The notes below the pieces were generated by a model. That model was not told the origin of the DNA. It ran no database searches and saw only the letters and a list, made by a program, of their open reading frames with translations. The position numbers and the translations under genes are program-made. A DNA stretch of 53,168 bases, taken from positions 1-53,168 of the forward strand of contig JAPLOD010000256.1 of NCBI GenBank assembly GCA_026692735.1, written 5' to 3'. The stretch's first letter is position 1, and the number at the start of each line of letters is the position of its first letter. This DNA comes from Planctomycetota bacterium (GTDB lineage: Bacteria > Planctomycetota > SZUA-567 > H5-PLA8). Shown piece after piece: positions 1-7,900 of this stretch.

Positions 1-120
1 GCCGGGTGCGCTCAGGCGGCGCGCGAGATCGCCAAACAGATCGAGGAGGAACTCAGTTATCCCGGCGAAGTCCGCGTCACGCTGATCCGTGAGGCGCGCT
101 TCATCGAGTACGCGCGGTAG
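1..120 (+). CDS. rny: ribonuclease Y, C-terminal fragment (gene begins upstream of window)
   Basis: Frame 1 reads ...[33 protein letters not shown], then TAG at 118-120. This matches the conserved RNase Y C-terminal tail (YPG..[KR]VT[VL]IRE.R..EYA[KR]). Confidence 0.7.
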   Translation, partial: AGCAQAAREIAKQIEEELSYPGEVRVTLIREARFIEYAR

Positions 121-241
121 AGGTAGGCTCTTGGCTCAGGCATTCTGGGTCGCGGCTTGACGCCATGCTGCATGCTGAGTTCCCAACGCTGAATGGGTCC
201 GGCGGCTTGCACTTTGAGGCGGTCCCCGGTCTAATGGTGGC

Positions 242-1198
242 ATGAAGGTCTATGCGGGGGATGATGCCCGCCCTGCTGAAACGGGCGCAATCGTCACCAT
301 CGGAACTTTCGACGGCGTGCACAGGGGCCACCAGAGCGTTCTGGGCGAACTGGTGGAGTGGGCCCGGGAGAAGGGCGTGCCCGCGGGCGTCCTCACCTTT
401 CGCAGACACCCACGCAAGACCCTGGCCGGCAGCGAACCCGATATGCTGACCACCTTCGAACACCGGCTCGTCCTCTTCGAGCGCGCGCACGTTGACTTCG
501 CGTGGGTGCTGGAGTTCACGCCCGCGCTGGCCGCGCTGACCGCGCGCGACTTTGCCGGCGAGTACCTGGCGCAGCGGCTGGCGATCCGCGGCCTGGCCAT
601 GGGCTTCGACTCGTGCTTCGGTTCGGACCGGATCAACAAGGACTCTCCCGAGCTTGCGCCCCTGGCCCGCGAACTGGGCTTCGCCGTGCGTGGTCTGGAG
701 CCCGTGCTGTCGCCCGAGGGCGAGGTCATCTCCAGCACGCGCATCCGCGACGCCATCTGCGATGGGCGCCTGCGCGATGCCGAGGCCATGCTCGGCCGGC
801 ACGTGTCCGTGTACGGCACCGTCGTCGCGGGCGATGCGCGCGGCCGGCGTCTCGGGTACCACACGGCCAACCTCGACCTGGCTCAGGAAGTGCGCCCGCC
901 GTTCGGCGTCTATGCGACGATCGCGCTGGTGGGCGAGGCCCGCTTCGGGTCCGTGACCAACGTCGGCTACCGGCCGACCATCACTCAGAACCTGCCGCCG
1001 GGCACCAAGCCCGACTTGCTCATCGAAACGCACCTCTTCGATTTCAGCGCCGACTTGTACGGTCAGAAGATGGAAGTGCTGTTCATCGAGAAGCTGCGGG
1101 ACGAGCGGCGCTTCGCCGACGTGACCGCGCTGGCCGAGCAGATCCGGAAGGACGAGGCTCGGGCCCGGGCGATACTTCTGGCTCACGGCTTGCCCTAG
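242..1198 (+). CDS. ribF: bifunctional riboflavin kinase / FMN adenylyltransferase
   Basis: 318-aa ORF. It has the N-terminal nucleotidyltransferase motif IGTFDGVHRGHQ and a C-terminal riboflavin-kinase region (GYHTANL, TNVGYRPT, ETHLFDF..DLYG). Confidence 0.92.
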   Translation: MKVYAGDDARPAETGAIVTIGTFDGVHRGHQSVLGELVEWAREKGVPAGVLTFRRHPRKTLAGSEPDMLTTFEHRLVLFERAHVDFAWVLEFTPALAALTARDFAGEYLAQRLAIRGLAMGFDSCFGSDRINKDSPELAPLARELGFAVRGLEPVLSPEGEVISSTRIRDAICDGRLRDAEAMLGRHVSVYGTVVAGDARGRRLGYHTANLDLAQEVRPPFGVYATIALVGEARFGSVTNVGYRPTITQNLPPGTKPDLLIETHLFDFSADLYGQKMEVLFIEKLRDERRFADVTALAEQIRKDEARARAILLAHGLP

Positions 1199-1208
1199 GA
1201 GAGACCGC

Positions 1209-1733
1209 GTGCAGGCAGCACGTTCCATCGTACGGGTCTTCGTTGTGCTGCTCTTCGTGGCGGGTTGCAGCGCCGGAGAAGAGAAGCCGGAGCTCATCGC
1301 GAACGTGTACTACTCCAAGGCGGATCCCCACTGGAAGGACGCGGAGAAGCTGATTGACGCGGCGGCGCGGGAGTACGCGCCGGTGAAGGTCAACAAGATA
1401 GACATTGACGACGACATCGGCTACTGGCAGCTTGCCGCCGCGGAACAGGAGCTGAATATCGTTCCGCCGGGCGACATGACGGTGGTGATAGGCACGCTCG
1501 TCCTGACCAGCAAGGATTCGCGCCGCGACGTGGAACACTGTTTCGCGGGCGTGGCCAAGCGCCTGCGCAATCCGAACGACGGCAAGGGCAGGTTGACGCC
1601 GGACGTGGCGAAGTTCGCCGCCGAAGCCTTCGGTGAGGGCGCGTCCAGGGACGCACTCCCGAGACCGCCGCGGCCAAAGTGGACGCCATCACGGGCGCCA
1701 CCAAAACGTCCGTCCTTTACGGCAGCGCCGTGA
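1209..1733 (+). CDS. putative lipoprotein; the 3' end probably continues in another frame to 1774 (FMN-binding-like tail)
   Basis: GTG start. MQAARSIVRVFVVLLFVAGC gives a signal peptide plus lipobox Cys. The last ~30 codons of this frame are Pro/Arg-rich junk. The alternative frame reads ...KVDAITGATKTSVLYGSAVKEALAEIQRREKQ*. Confidence 0.55.
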   Translation: MQAARSIVRVFVVLLFVAGCSAGEEKPELIANVYYSKADPHWKDAEKLIDAAAREYAPVKVNKIDIDDDIGYWQLAAAEQELNIVPPGDMTVVIGTLVLTSKDSRRDVEHCFAGVAKRLRNPNDGKGRLTPDVAKFAAEAFGEGASRDALPRPPRPKWTPSRAPPKRPSFTAAP

Positions 1734-1770
1734 AAGAAGCACTGGCGGAAATCCAAAGGCGCGAAAAGCA

Positions 1771-4080
1771 ATGACACTGAGGACAACGCTTCTATGCCTG
1801 TTGTCGCTGGCGTGCGCCGCCATGCATGGAGCCGCAAGCGCGGAAGGCGACGCGCGCAAGCCTCTGCTCACAGTCCTGTACAGCGCCGAGACCCACGCCG
1901 CGCTGCTCCCGTGCGACTGCCCGCTGCAGCCGCTCGGCGGCGTGGCGCGGCGCGCGACGCTGATCAAGCGGTACCGCGAGCGCGGTCCAGTCCTGCTCGT
2001 TGACGCCGGCGGCTGGCAGGCGGGCGGCATCTACGACGAGGATTCCGACGGCGATCCTCGGCACGACGAACTGCGGACGCAGTTGATGGCCCGAGCCATG
2101 GTCCTGATGGGCTACGATGCGATCTCCGGCCGGGAGCGTGAAGAGGCATTGCAGGCCAAGTACGTGGCTGACGGCAAACAGCGCCGGATGCTCGCAAGCG
2201 GCCTCGTGTTCGATGTTCAGCAGCGGGCGGGCGAGCCGGGGCTGCGCCTGTGGCTTTCCAGCGCGCTGGGCGCCTTGTCCGCCGGACCGTCGAACGCGCC
2301 GGCCATTGTTCTGTCGCGGCTGGGCGAAACGGAGAGCACGGCGCTGGCGGCTGAGTTGAACGAGGAGGCTTTGATCATCAACGCCGGCCGCAAGACGTCG
2401 CAGCGGCTGTGGTGGCGCAGCGGCAAGGCGACGCTGGCGAATTTCGACTACCAGGCCCAGCGGCTCGGTGTGATGGAGATATACCCCGCCAAGCCGGCTT
2501 CGGAGTCGGGGCCGCGGTTCGACATCTGCGTCCGCCTGGAACCCCTCACAGCCGACATCCCCGACGATCCCGAGATCGCCAAGCTCCTGGCGCCGCATTT
2601 GCCCGAGCTGAAGAAGAAGGGCAAGCAACGCCTGGAGATCGAGTTCTGGACGATGCCGGAATGCCCGGGCTGCGCTCAGGCATGGCCCGACCTGCAGCGG
2701 CTCGCGACGGACTTGGGCAACCGGGCCAGCATCGCGCTGCACTTCGTCCTTCACAACGAAGACGGCAAGCTGGCGTCGCTGCACGGCGAACGGGAGTTGC
2801 AGGAAGCGGGCATCCAGGCGCTGATCCAGAAGTACTACCCGGAGAAGACGTGGGCGTGGCTGGCGTGGCGAAGCCAACACCCGGAAGCACCGTGGCAGGA
2901 GGGCGCCGCGGCGCTGGGCCTCCTCCTGGCCCGTCTGCGCGGCGCCCTGGCGCAGGGCGAAGCCGCAAAGCTTCTCGAAGCCGACTACGACTTGATGCAG
3001 CGCCGCGGGGTAAGCGGCAGCCCTTCGCTCGTTATCGCCAACCGTCTTTACGACGGCTCGCTGGAGCGCCTGCAGGTGTTGCGGGTCGTCTGCGGCTTGC
3101 TGGAGGAGCCGAAACCCGGCGCCTGCAAGGACGTGCCGGCCTGCTTCTTCGATGCCCAGTGCCGGAAACGCGGCTTCATCGGGCGCTGCGTGGACGCCGG
3201 CAAGCCGACCGCGCGTTGCGACACCTCGCGGCCCGCGGTGCAAGTGCCGGCGATAGTGGTCACAGACCGCGAGAACATCTACGACAACCACGAGCGCATC
3301 CTGGAGGCGCTGATCGGCGATCTGCCGGGCCTCGAATACCGTGTGCTGGATCTCACCGCACCGGAAGCGCGCGACCTCGTGCAGAAAGCCGGGATCCCAC
3401 GCCTGCCAGCGTATCTCCTCGATCCGGCGGCCAGGACCGAGGTGGGCTATGCCGAAAACGTCGGCAAAGTGGCGCGCCTGGACAAGACCGCGACCATGCT
3501 CGTGCTGGAAGGTCCCGGCACGGTCGGCTCCCACCGCGTCGTGAATCGCCCGCGCATGAAAGGGCGCGCGGACCTGTTCGTGTCGCGCCTGAGCAAGTCA
3601 GGCGAGGAGGCGCTGGAGGAGGCACTCGCGCACCAGCAGGCGGCTGGTCCCCTGGCGGTCGAGCTTGTGCTGCACGACGTCCTCTACTGGCGCAGGCCCG
3701 CCGCTGGGCAGCCGGAACGGCGGGAACTGGCGGCGACGAACGGCATCGCCGAGATCGAAGAAGCCGCTCGCGCCATGGCCGTCAGGAAGCTGGCTCCCGG
3801 GAAGTTCAACGCCTACCTGCTTGAGCGCGGCAAGCAGCGCGGCAGCTCATACTGGGACGCGCCCTTGAAGGCCGTCGGCATTGACCCGGCCAAGGTTCGC
3901 GAGCTGGCCGAGAAACCCTCCGACGAGGTGCTGCAGGCGCTGTACGCCGAAGCCGACCTGCTTCAAAGCCTGAACGCCGGAGGGGAGATTGTGTTGCTGG
4001 CGGAGAACTGCGAGCTGATCCCCATCCGCTCGCGGCGCGACCTGCGGGACGTGCTGGAAAGGATAGGGCCGAGAAAGTGA
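1771..4080 (+). CDS. secreted protein with thioredoxin-fold (DsbA-like, CPGC) domain
   Basis: ATG 1771 gives the signal peptide MTLRTTLLCLLSLACAAMHGAASA. There is an internal EFWTMPECPGCAQAW redox motif and a Cys-rich linker. The upstream extension of the ORF (from 1633) is Arg-rich and unlikely to be coding. Confidence 0.7.
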   Translation: MTLRTTLLCLLSLACAAMHGAASAEGDARKPLLTVLYSAETHAALLPCDCPLQPLGGVARRATLIKRYRERGPVLLVDAGGWQAGGIYDEDSDGDPRHDELRTQLMARAMVLMGYDAISGREREEALQAKYVADGKQRRMLASGLVFDVQQRAGEPGLRLWLSSALGALSAGPSNAPAIVLSRLGETESTALAAELNEEALIINAGRKTSQRLWWRSGKATLANFDYQAQRLGVMEIYPAKPASESGPRFDICVRLEPLTADIPDDPEIAKLLAPHLPELKKKGKQRLEIEFWTMPECPGCAQAWPDLQRLATDLGNRASIALHFVLHNEDGKLASLHGERELQEAGIQALIQKYYPEKTWAWLAWRSQHPEAPWQEGAAALGLLLARLRGALAQGEAAKLLEADYDLMQRRGVSGSPSLVIANRLYDGSLERLQVLRVVCGLLEEPKPGACKDVPACFFDAQCRKRGFIGRCVDAGKPTARCDTSRPAVQVPAIVVTDRENIYDNHERILEALIGDLPGLEYRVLDLTAPEARDLVQKAGIPRLPAYLLDPAARTEVGYAENVGKVARLDKTATMLVLEGPGTVGSHRVVNRPRMKGRADLFVSRLSKSGEEALEEALAHQQAAGPLAVELVLHDVLYWRRPAAGQPERRELAATNGIAEIEEAARAMAVRKLAPGKFNAYLLERGKQRGSSYWDAPLKAVGIDPAKVRELAEKPSDEVLQALYAEADLLQSLNAGGEIVLLAENCELIPIRSRRDLRDVLERIGPRK

Positions 4081-4184
4081 GACCGCGTCCGAACAATGCG
4101 GAAGAGGGGCGCAGACTACCGGTTCCCACACAGCCGGGGAGCGGCGTCAGTCCCGATTCACCGAGGCCGCGGCCGGTGACCGCC

Positions 4185-5198
4185 ATGAGCGCGGAGGAAC
4201 TGGCAGCGCTGTTCAAGAGCTGGGGTGAGCCGGCATTTCGCGCCACGCAGTTGCGGGACTTCGTGTTCCGCCAGGGCGTGGCCTCGTACGAGCAGGTCAC
4301 GAATCTCAGCAAGGAACTGCGACAACGGCTATCACGGGAAGCACCGCTCTACGAACTGGCTCCGGTCGAGACCAGCGCGGGCGACGAGGCCACGAAGTGG
4401 CTCTGGCGGGCGGGCGACGGCGCGTTGATCGAGTCGGTCCAGATCCGGGCACCGGAGCGGGTGACGAGCTGTCTTTCAAGCCAGGTGGGCTGCGCGATGG
4501 GCTGCGCGTTCTGCGCCACCGGGAGCAGCGGCTTCGAGCGCAACCTGCAGGCCCATGAGATCGTCGAGCAGTACCTGCAGATGTGGGGCCGCTCCACCAC
4601 GCGGTCGAGCCATGTGGTGTTCATGGGCATGGGCGAGCCGCTCCTCAACTACGACGCTGTGCTGGCCGCAGTGCGGACGCTGAACAGCCCGCCGCCGCAA
4701 GGCGCCGGCATCGCGGCACGGCGCATCACGCTTTCCACGATCGGCATAGTGCCGGGCATTCTCCGGCTGGCCACGGAGAAACTGCAGGTTGAGCTGGCCG
4801 TCTCGCTGCATGCGCCCGATGAAGAGACGCGCGGGCAGTTGATCCCGGCCGCGAAGCGGTATCCGATCCGTGACATAATGGCCGCGGTGGAAGAGTTCTC
4901 ACGCCGCGCACGGCGCCTCGTGACGTACGAGTACGTGCTGCTGGCCGGCGTGAACGACTCTCCGGAACAGGCCGGGGAGCTGATCGGCCTGCTGCAGACG
5001 CATCCGTGCAAAGCGAACCTGATCCCGTTCAACCCGGTCGCGGGTTGTGCGTACCAGCGCCCTGCGCTGAAAGACCAGGAGCGGTTCAAAGCCATCCTGG
5101 AGAAAGCCCATATTCCTACGACGATCCGCTATTCGAAGGGGGGGAGCATTGACGCCGCCTGCGGCCAGTTGCGGCGTCGCGTGGCGGGGACCACGTAG
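4185..5198 (+). CDS. rlmN: 23S rRNA/tRNA (adenine-C2)-methyltransferase, radical SAM
   Basis: MSAEELAALFKSWGEPAFRATQLRDFVF N-terminus. Radical-SAM cluster motif CAMGCAFCATG, MGMGEPLLNY, and conserved C-terminal ...GGSIDAACGQL. Confidence 0.92.
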   Translation: MSAEELAALFKSWGEPAFRATQLRDFVFRQGVASYEQVTNLSKELRQRLSREAPLYELAPVETSAGDEATKWLWRAGDGALIESVQIRAPERVTSCLSSQVGCAMGCAFCATGSSGFERNLQAHEIVEQYLQMWGRSTTRSSHVVFMGMGEPLLNYDAVLAAVRTLNSPPPQGAGIAARRITLSTIGIVPGILRLATEKLQVELAVSLHAPDEETRGQLIPAAKRYPIRDIMAAVEEFSRRARRLVTYEYVLLAGVNDSPEQAGELIGLLQTHPCKANLIPFNPVAGCAYQRPALKDQERFKAILEKAHIPTTIRYSKGGSIDAACGQLRRRVAGTT

Positions 5199-5211
5199 CC
5201 CCAGCGGCCCC

Positions 5212-5243
5212 TAAAAAAAAAGGCGGCCCGAAGGCCGCCTTTC
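5212..5243. terminator. bidirectional rho-independent terminator between convergent rlmN and a pilin-like gene
   Basis: AAAAAAAAA-GGCGGCC-CGAA-GGCCGCC-TTT. A perfect 7-bp GC stem (5222-5228 / 5233-5239) with a 4-nt loop. The long T-run is on the minus-strand reading and a short T-run on the plus strand. Confidence 0.8.
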
Positions 5244-5263
5244 CCTAACAGCAGGCTTGCTTC

Positions 5264-5845
5264 TTACTCAGACGGCACCCAGGACGGGAGCACTGGGTCG
5301 AAAATGGTCAACTGCGCGGTATCGGTCGAACCGCGATCACACTGGAAGATCGTGCCGTTGTTGTTGATGGTGAACGTATCGCGGCCGGTGCCATCATACG
5401 CACCCGGGACGGCGCTCATCGCGTACCCCAGCGTCATGAAGCCCTGCGACGTTACGTAACCGCGGGAGCCACCCGTCGCCGCTGAGCCCTGAAACAGCAA
5501 CACCGTGAAAACGTACCCGGCCTTGGGCGTGGCCACGCCCGGCTCGCCTTCCGCATTAGCGAAGGACCGGTCAATCAGGCACAGGTCATTGGAGCCGGCC
5601 GACTTCTCCAGCAGGCTGTTGTCGCCGGACATAACCTGAGCGTACTCCAGCACACCGTTGGCGTTGTAGTCTGTACGGTGGTAGATCTCTTCCGCTTCCG
5701 CGAACGCCTTGCATGCCGCGGCAGCAGCCGTCTGATTGGCGGCCATCCTCGAGCGCAACAAGCTGGGGATGGCAATCGCAGCGATGATCGCGATGATCGC
5801 CACAACGATCATCAGCTCGATCAAGGTAAAGCCCTTTTTAACCAT
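5264..5845 (-). CDS. prepilin-type N-terminal cleavage/methylation domain protein (type IV pilin / T2SS pseudopilin-like)
   Basis: MVKKGFTLIELMIVVAIIAIIAAIAIPSLL is the canonical G|FTLIELM prepilin leader plus hydrophobic helix. GGAGAG RBS upstream. Confidence 0.88.
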   Translation of the reverse strand: MVKKGFTLIELMIVVAIIAIIAAIAIPSLLRSRMAANQTAAAAACKAFAEAEEIYHRTDYNANGVLEYAQVMSGDNSLLEKSAGSNDLCLIDRSFANAEGEPGVATPKAGYVFTVLLFQGSAATGGSRGYVTSQGFMTLGYAMSAVPGAYDGTGRDTFTINNNGTIFQCDRGSTDTAQLTIFDPVLPSWVPSE

Positions 5846-6257
5846 GGTGCTCTCCTTTCCTTCCCAAGACCCAGCCGGCGCCCCAAGACCCCGGCACGTT
5901 CCCTTCCAGCCTAAGGGCCGCCTACTCCATGACCCCCGGTATTGCTCTTAGGCGTGCGCAAATGAACGCCCACAAACCCTAAAACCAATCGTAAATACTA
6001 ACCCTTGTCGAGGCAGAGCCTTATGTGCTCACGTCACCGCGCACGGCCGTGCCAGAATGCGCGAGGGCCGGAATCTGTCATCTCGGATTGACGAAACTTG
6101 TCACTGCGACGTTGCAGCGTCAACGTCCGCTTCCTCCAAACCCATACACTGCCGCCACATCATTCATGGTGATAACGTCATGAAAATGGTGGCAGAAAAG
6201 CGAGCGCAGACCCAGGGCGGGCTGCGTACGTGGGTGCGACGCGCTGCGGGAGGATCG

Positions 6258-6857
6258 CTACTCCGCGGGACACCATCCCAGGGCGCGATCAGGGTCATAC
6301 TTCGTCTCCTGAACGCCCGTCGTGCCCCGGTCTCTCTGGTACACCGTTCCGACCTCACTGAGTATGTAACTGGATCTGCCAGTGAGGTCGTAGCCAGCGG
6401 GAATGGCGCCTATCCCAAACCCCAACGCCATGGAGGATTGCCCGCCGCCAGGATTGGTCAGCATGAAGCTGCGCGCGCCGCCGTCTGCCGCGGCGGTCTG
6501 GCTGGTCAGAATGGTAAACACGTAGCCGTTCTTGCCGGTGGCCGCACCTGGTTCGCCCTCCGCTTGCGCAAGGGTACGGTCAATCGTGCCCAGATCAGCA
6601 AGGCCCGCCTGGGTCTCCAGCAAGCTGTTGTCGCCGCTCATAAACTGGGCGTACTCCAGGATGCCGTCGTGATCGAAATCCGTGCGTTTGTAGATGCTCT
6701 CGGCCGTGCCGATGGCTTTGCAGGCTGCCAACGCGGACGCCTCGTTGGCCGAGATGCGCGCGCGGATCATGCTGGGGATGGCGATGACCACGATGACTGA
6801 GATGATCGCGACGACGATCATCAGTTCAATGAGCGTGAAGCCTCGGTTGAGTTTCAT
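6258..6857 (-). CDS. prepilin-type N-terminal cleavage/methylation domain protein (paralog of 5264..5845)
   Basis: Internal ATG at 6857 gives MKLNRGFTLIELMIVVAIISVIVVIAIPSMI, preceded by an AAGGAGGA RBS. Similar to the neighbouring pilin-like protein along its length (e.g. ...GILEYAQFMSGDNSLLE...). Confidence 0.88.
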   Translation of the reverse strand: MKLNRGFTLIELMIVVAIISVIVVIAIPSMIRARISANEASALAACKAIGTAESIYKRTDFDHDGILEYAQFMSGDNSLLETQAGLADLGTIDRTLAQAEGEPGAATGKNGYVFTILTSQTAAADGGARSFMLTNPGGGQSSMALGFGIGAIPAGYDLTGRSSYILSEVGTVYQRDRGTTGVQETKYDPDRALGWCPAE

Positions 6858-7059
6858 GGCGATCCTCCTTGCGAACCAGCGCAAGCGCCCACAGCTTCGT
6901 CCTGATCGCCCATCACTGTCGTCCTGTGAACTCGTTCGCTGGTGTTGCAAATAAGCATCCAATCCAGCCGGCTTCCCAAGGATTGCACAACGTGCAAGAT
7001 GTCAACCACTTGCGAGACTGGAGCGGCAGAGCAACGCACGTGCGCTGCCAATGAGCGGC

Positions 7060-7625
7060 TTACCCAGTGACACAATGTGGCAGAACTTGACATGACAGGG
7101 TAGGGCGGAACGCCGCATGACCTATGCCCGTTCTTAGCCAGCAGCCTGTGGCCTGAGCCCGTCCGTGTCCAAGACTGCACAATGTAGCGCAATCCGCCGG
7201 ATTGCGCCGTCCGTCGCGCCGTGCCGTTGCCCTGAACCCTGTCCCAGTTCCGTGTCCAAGACTGCACAATGTAGCGCAATCCGCCGGATTGCGCCGTCCG
7301 TCCCGCCCCTGCCGTTACCCTGAACCCTGAACCCTGAACCCGGAACCCTGAACCCTGAACCCGGAACCCCGTCCCAGTTCCGTGTCCAAGACTGCACAAT
7401 GTAGCGCAATCCGCCGGATTGCGCCGTCCGTCCCCCCCGTGCCGTTACCCGGCACCCTGAACCCTGAACCCGGAACCCCGTCCCAGTTCCGTGTCCAAGA
7501 CTGCACAATGTAGCGCAATCCGCCGGATTGCGCCGTCCGTCCCCCCCCGTGCCGTTACCCGGCACCCTGAACCCTGAACCCTGAACCCGGAACCCCGTCC
7601 CAGTTCCGTGTCCAGAACTGCACTA
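7060..7625. repeat. intergenic nested tandem-repeat array (4.5 long units containing a hairpin plus variable ACCCTGA/ACCCGGA heptamer runs)
   Basis: The core CGTGTCCAAGACTGCACAATGTAGCGCAATCCGCCGGATTGCGCCGTCCGTC recurs starting at 7164, 7251, 7381 and 7490, with a truncated copy at 7607 (periods 87, 130, 109, 117). Each core contains the palindrome GCGCAATCCG-C-CGGATTGCGC. Spacers are heptamer microsatellites. A degenerate copy lies at about 7060-7150. Confidence 0.9.
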
Positions 7626-7900
7626 GGTGCATAGCTTATATCGTCTGCGCCCTGTGGTATGCTCGCGTTGCGCGGGCAGGCGCGCAAGAGACACCAGCCA
7701 ACCCTCTTTGAGGGAGCATCACCGGACTTGCGGGCGGTTCCTTGGCCTGAAAGGCCAATCTGGAATAGCCAGGGCCGAAGGCCGGGACTCTGCACACCCG
7801 GTGATGCACCCCGGCCCTGGCGCGCCGCGGTTTTCTCCGCGCGACACCACCGCCTGCACGGCTAGAATCTCCACACGGCAGCACATTCGGGGAGCCGGCC

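Noticed and set aside
101-1297. 398-aa minus-strand ORF antisense to ribF, and the similar long antisense or shadow ORFs at 1792..3534, 7907..9856, 11107..12174, 12320..13852, 38803..39795, 39871..40800, 42073..43425, 49723..50883 and 50600..52228
   Set aside because: They overlap well-supported genes on the other strand and have Arg/Gly/Pro/Ala-rich low-complexity translations without motifs. They are typical high-GC shadow ORFs.
1633-1770. N-terminal extensions offered by the ORF track (also 4077-4184, 6858-6962, 11131-11190, 22374-22469, 24272-24364, 40867-41703 and 40927-41040)
   Set aside because: The extensions are Arg/Pro-rich and lack an RBS. The internal ATG or GTG codons are preceded by good Shine-Dalgarno sequences and give proper signal peptides or conserved N-termini.
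6095-6125. Hairpin GACGTTG-CAGCGT-CAACGTC as a terminator of the second pilin-like gene
   Set aside because: It lies about 135 nt beyond the stop and has no flanking T/A tract on the relevant strand, so it is not convincing as an intrinsic terminator.
7060-7625. Possible CRISPR array (regularly spaced conserved repeats)
   Set aside because: The 'spacers' are not unique. They are low-complexity ACCCTGA/ACCCGGA heptamer runs that resemble one another. The repeat unit is about 50-60 bp, the periods are irregular, and no cas genes are present.
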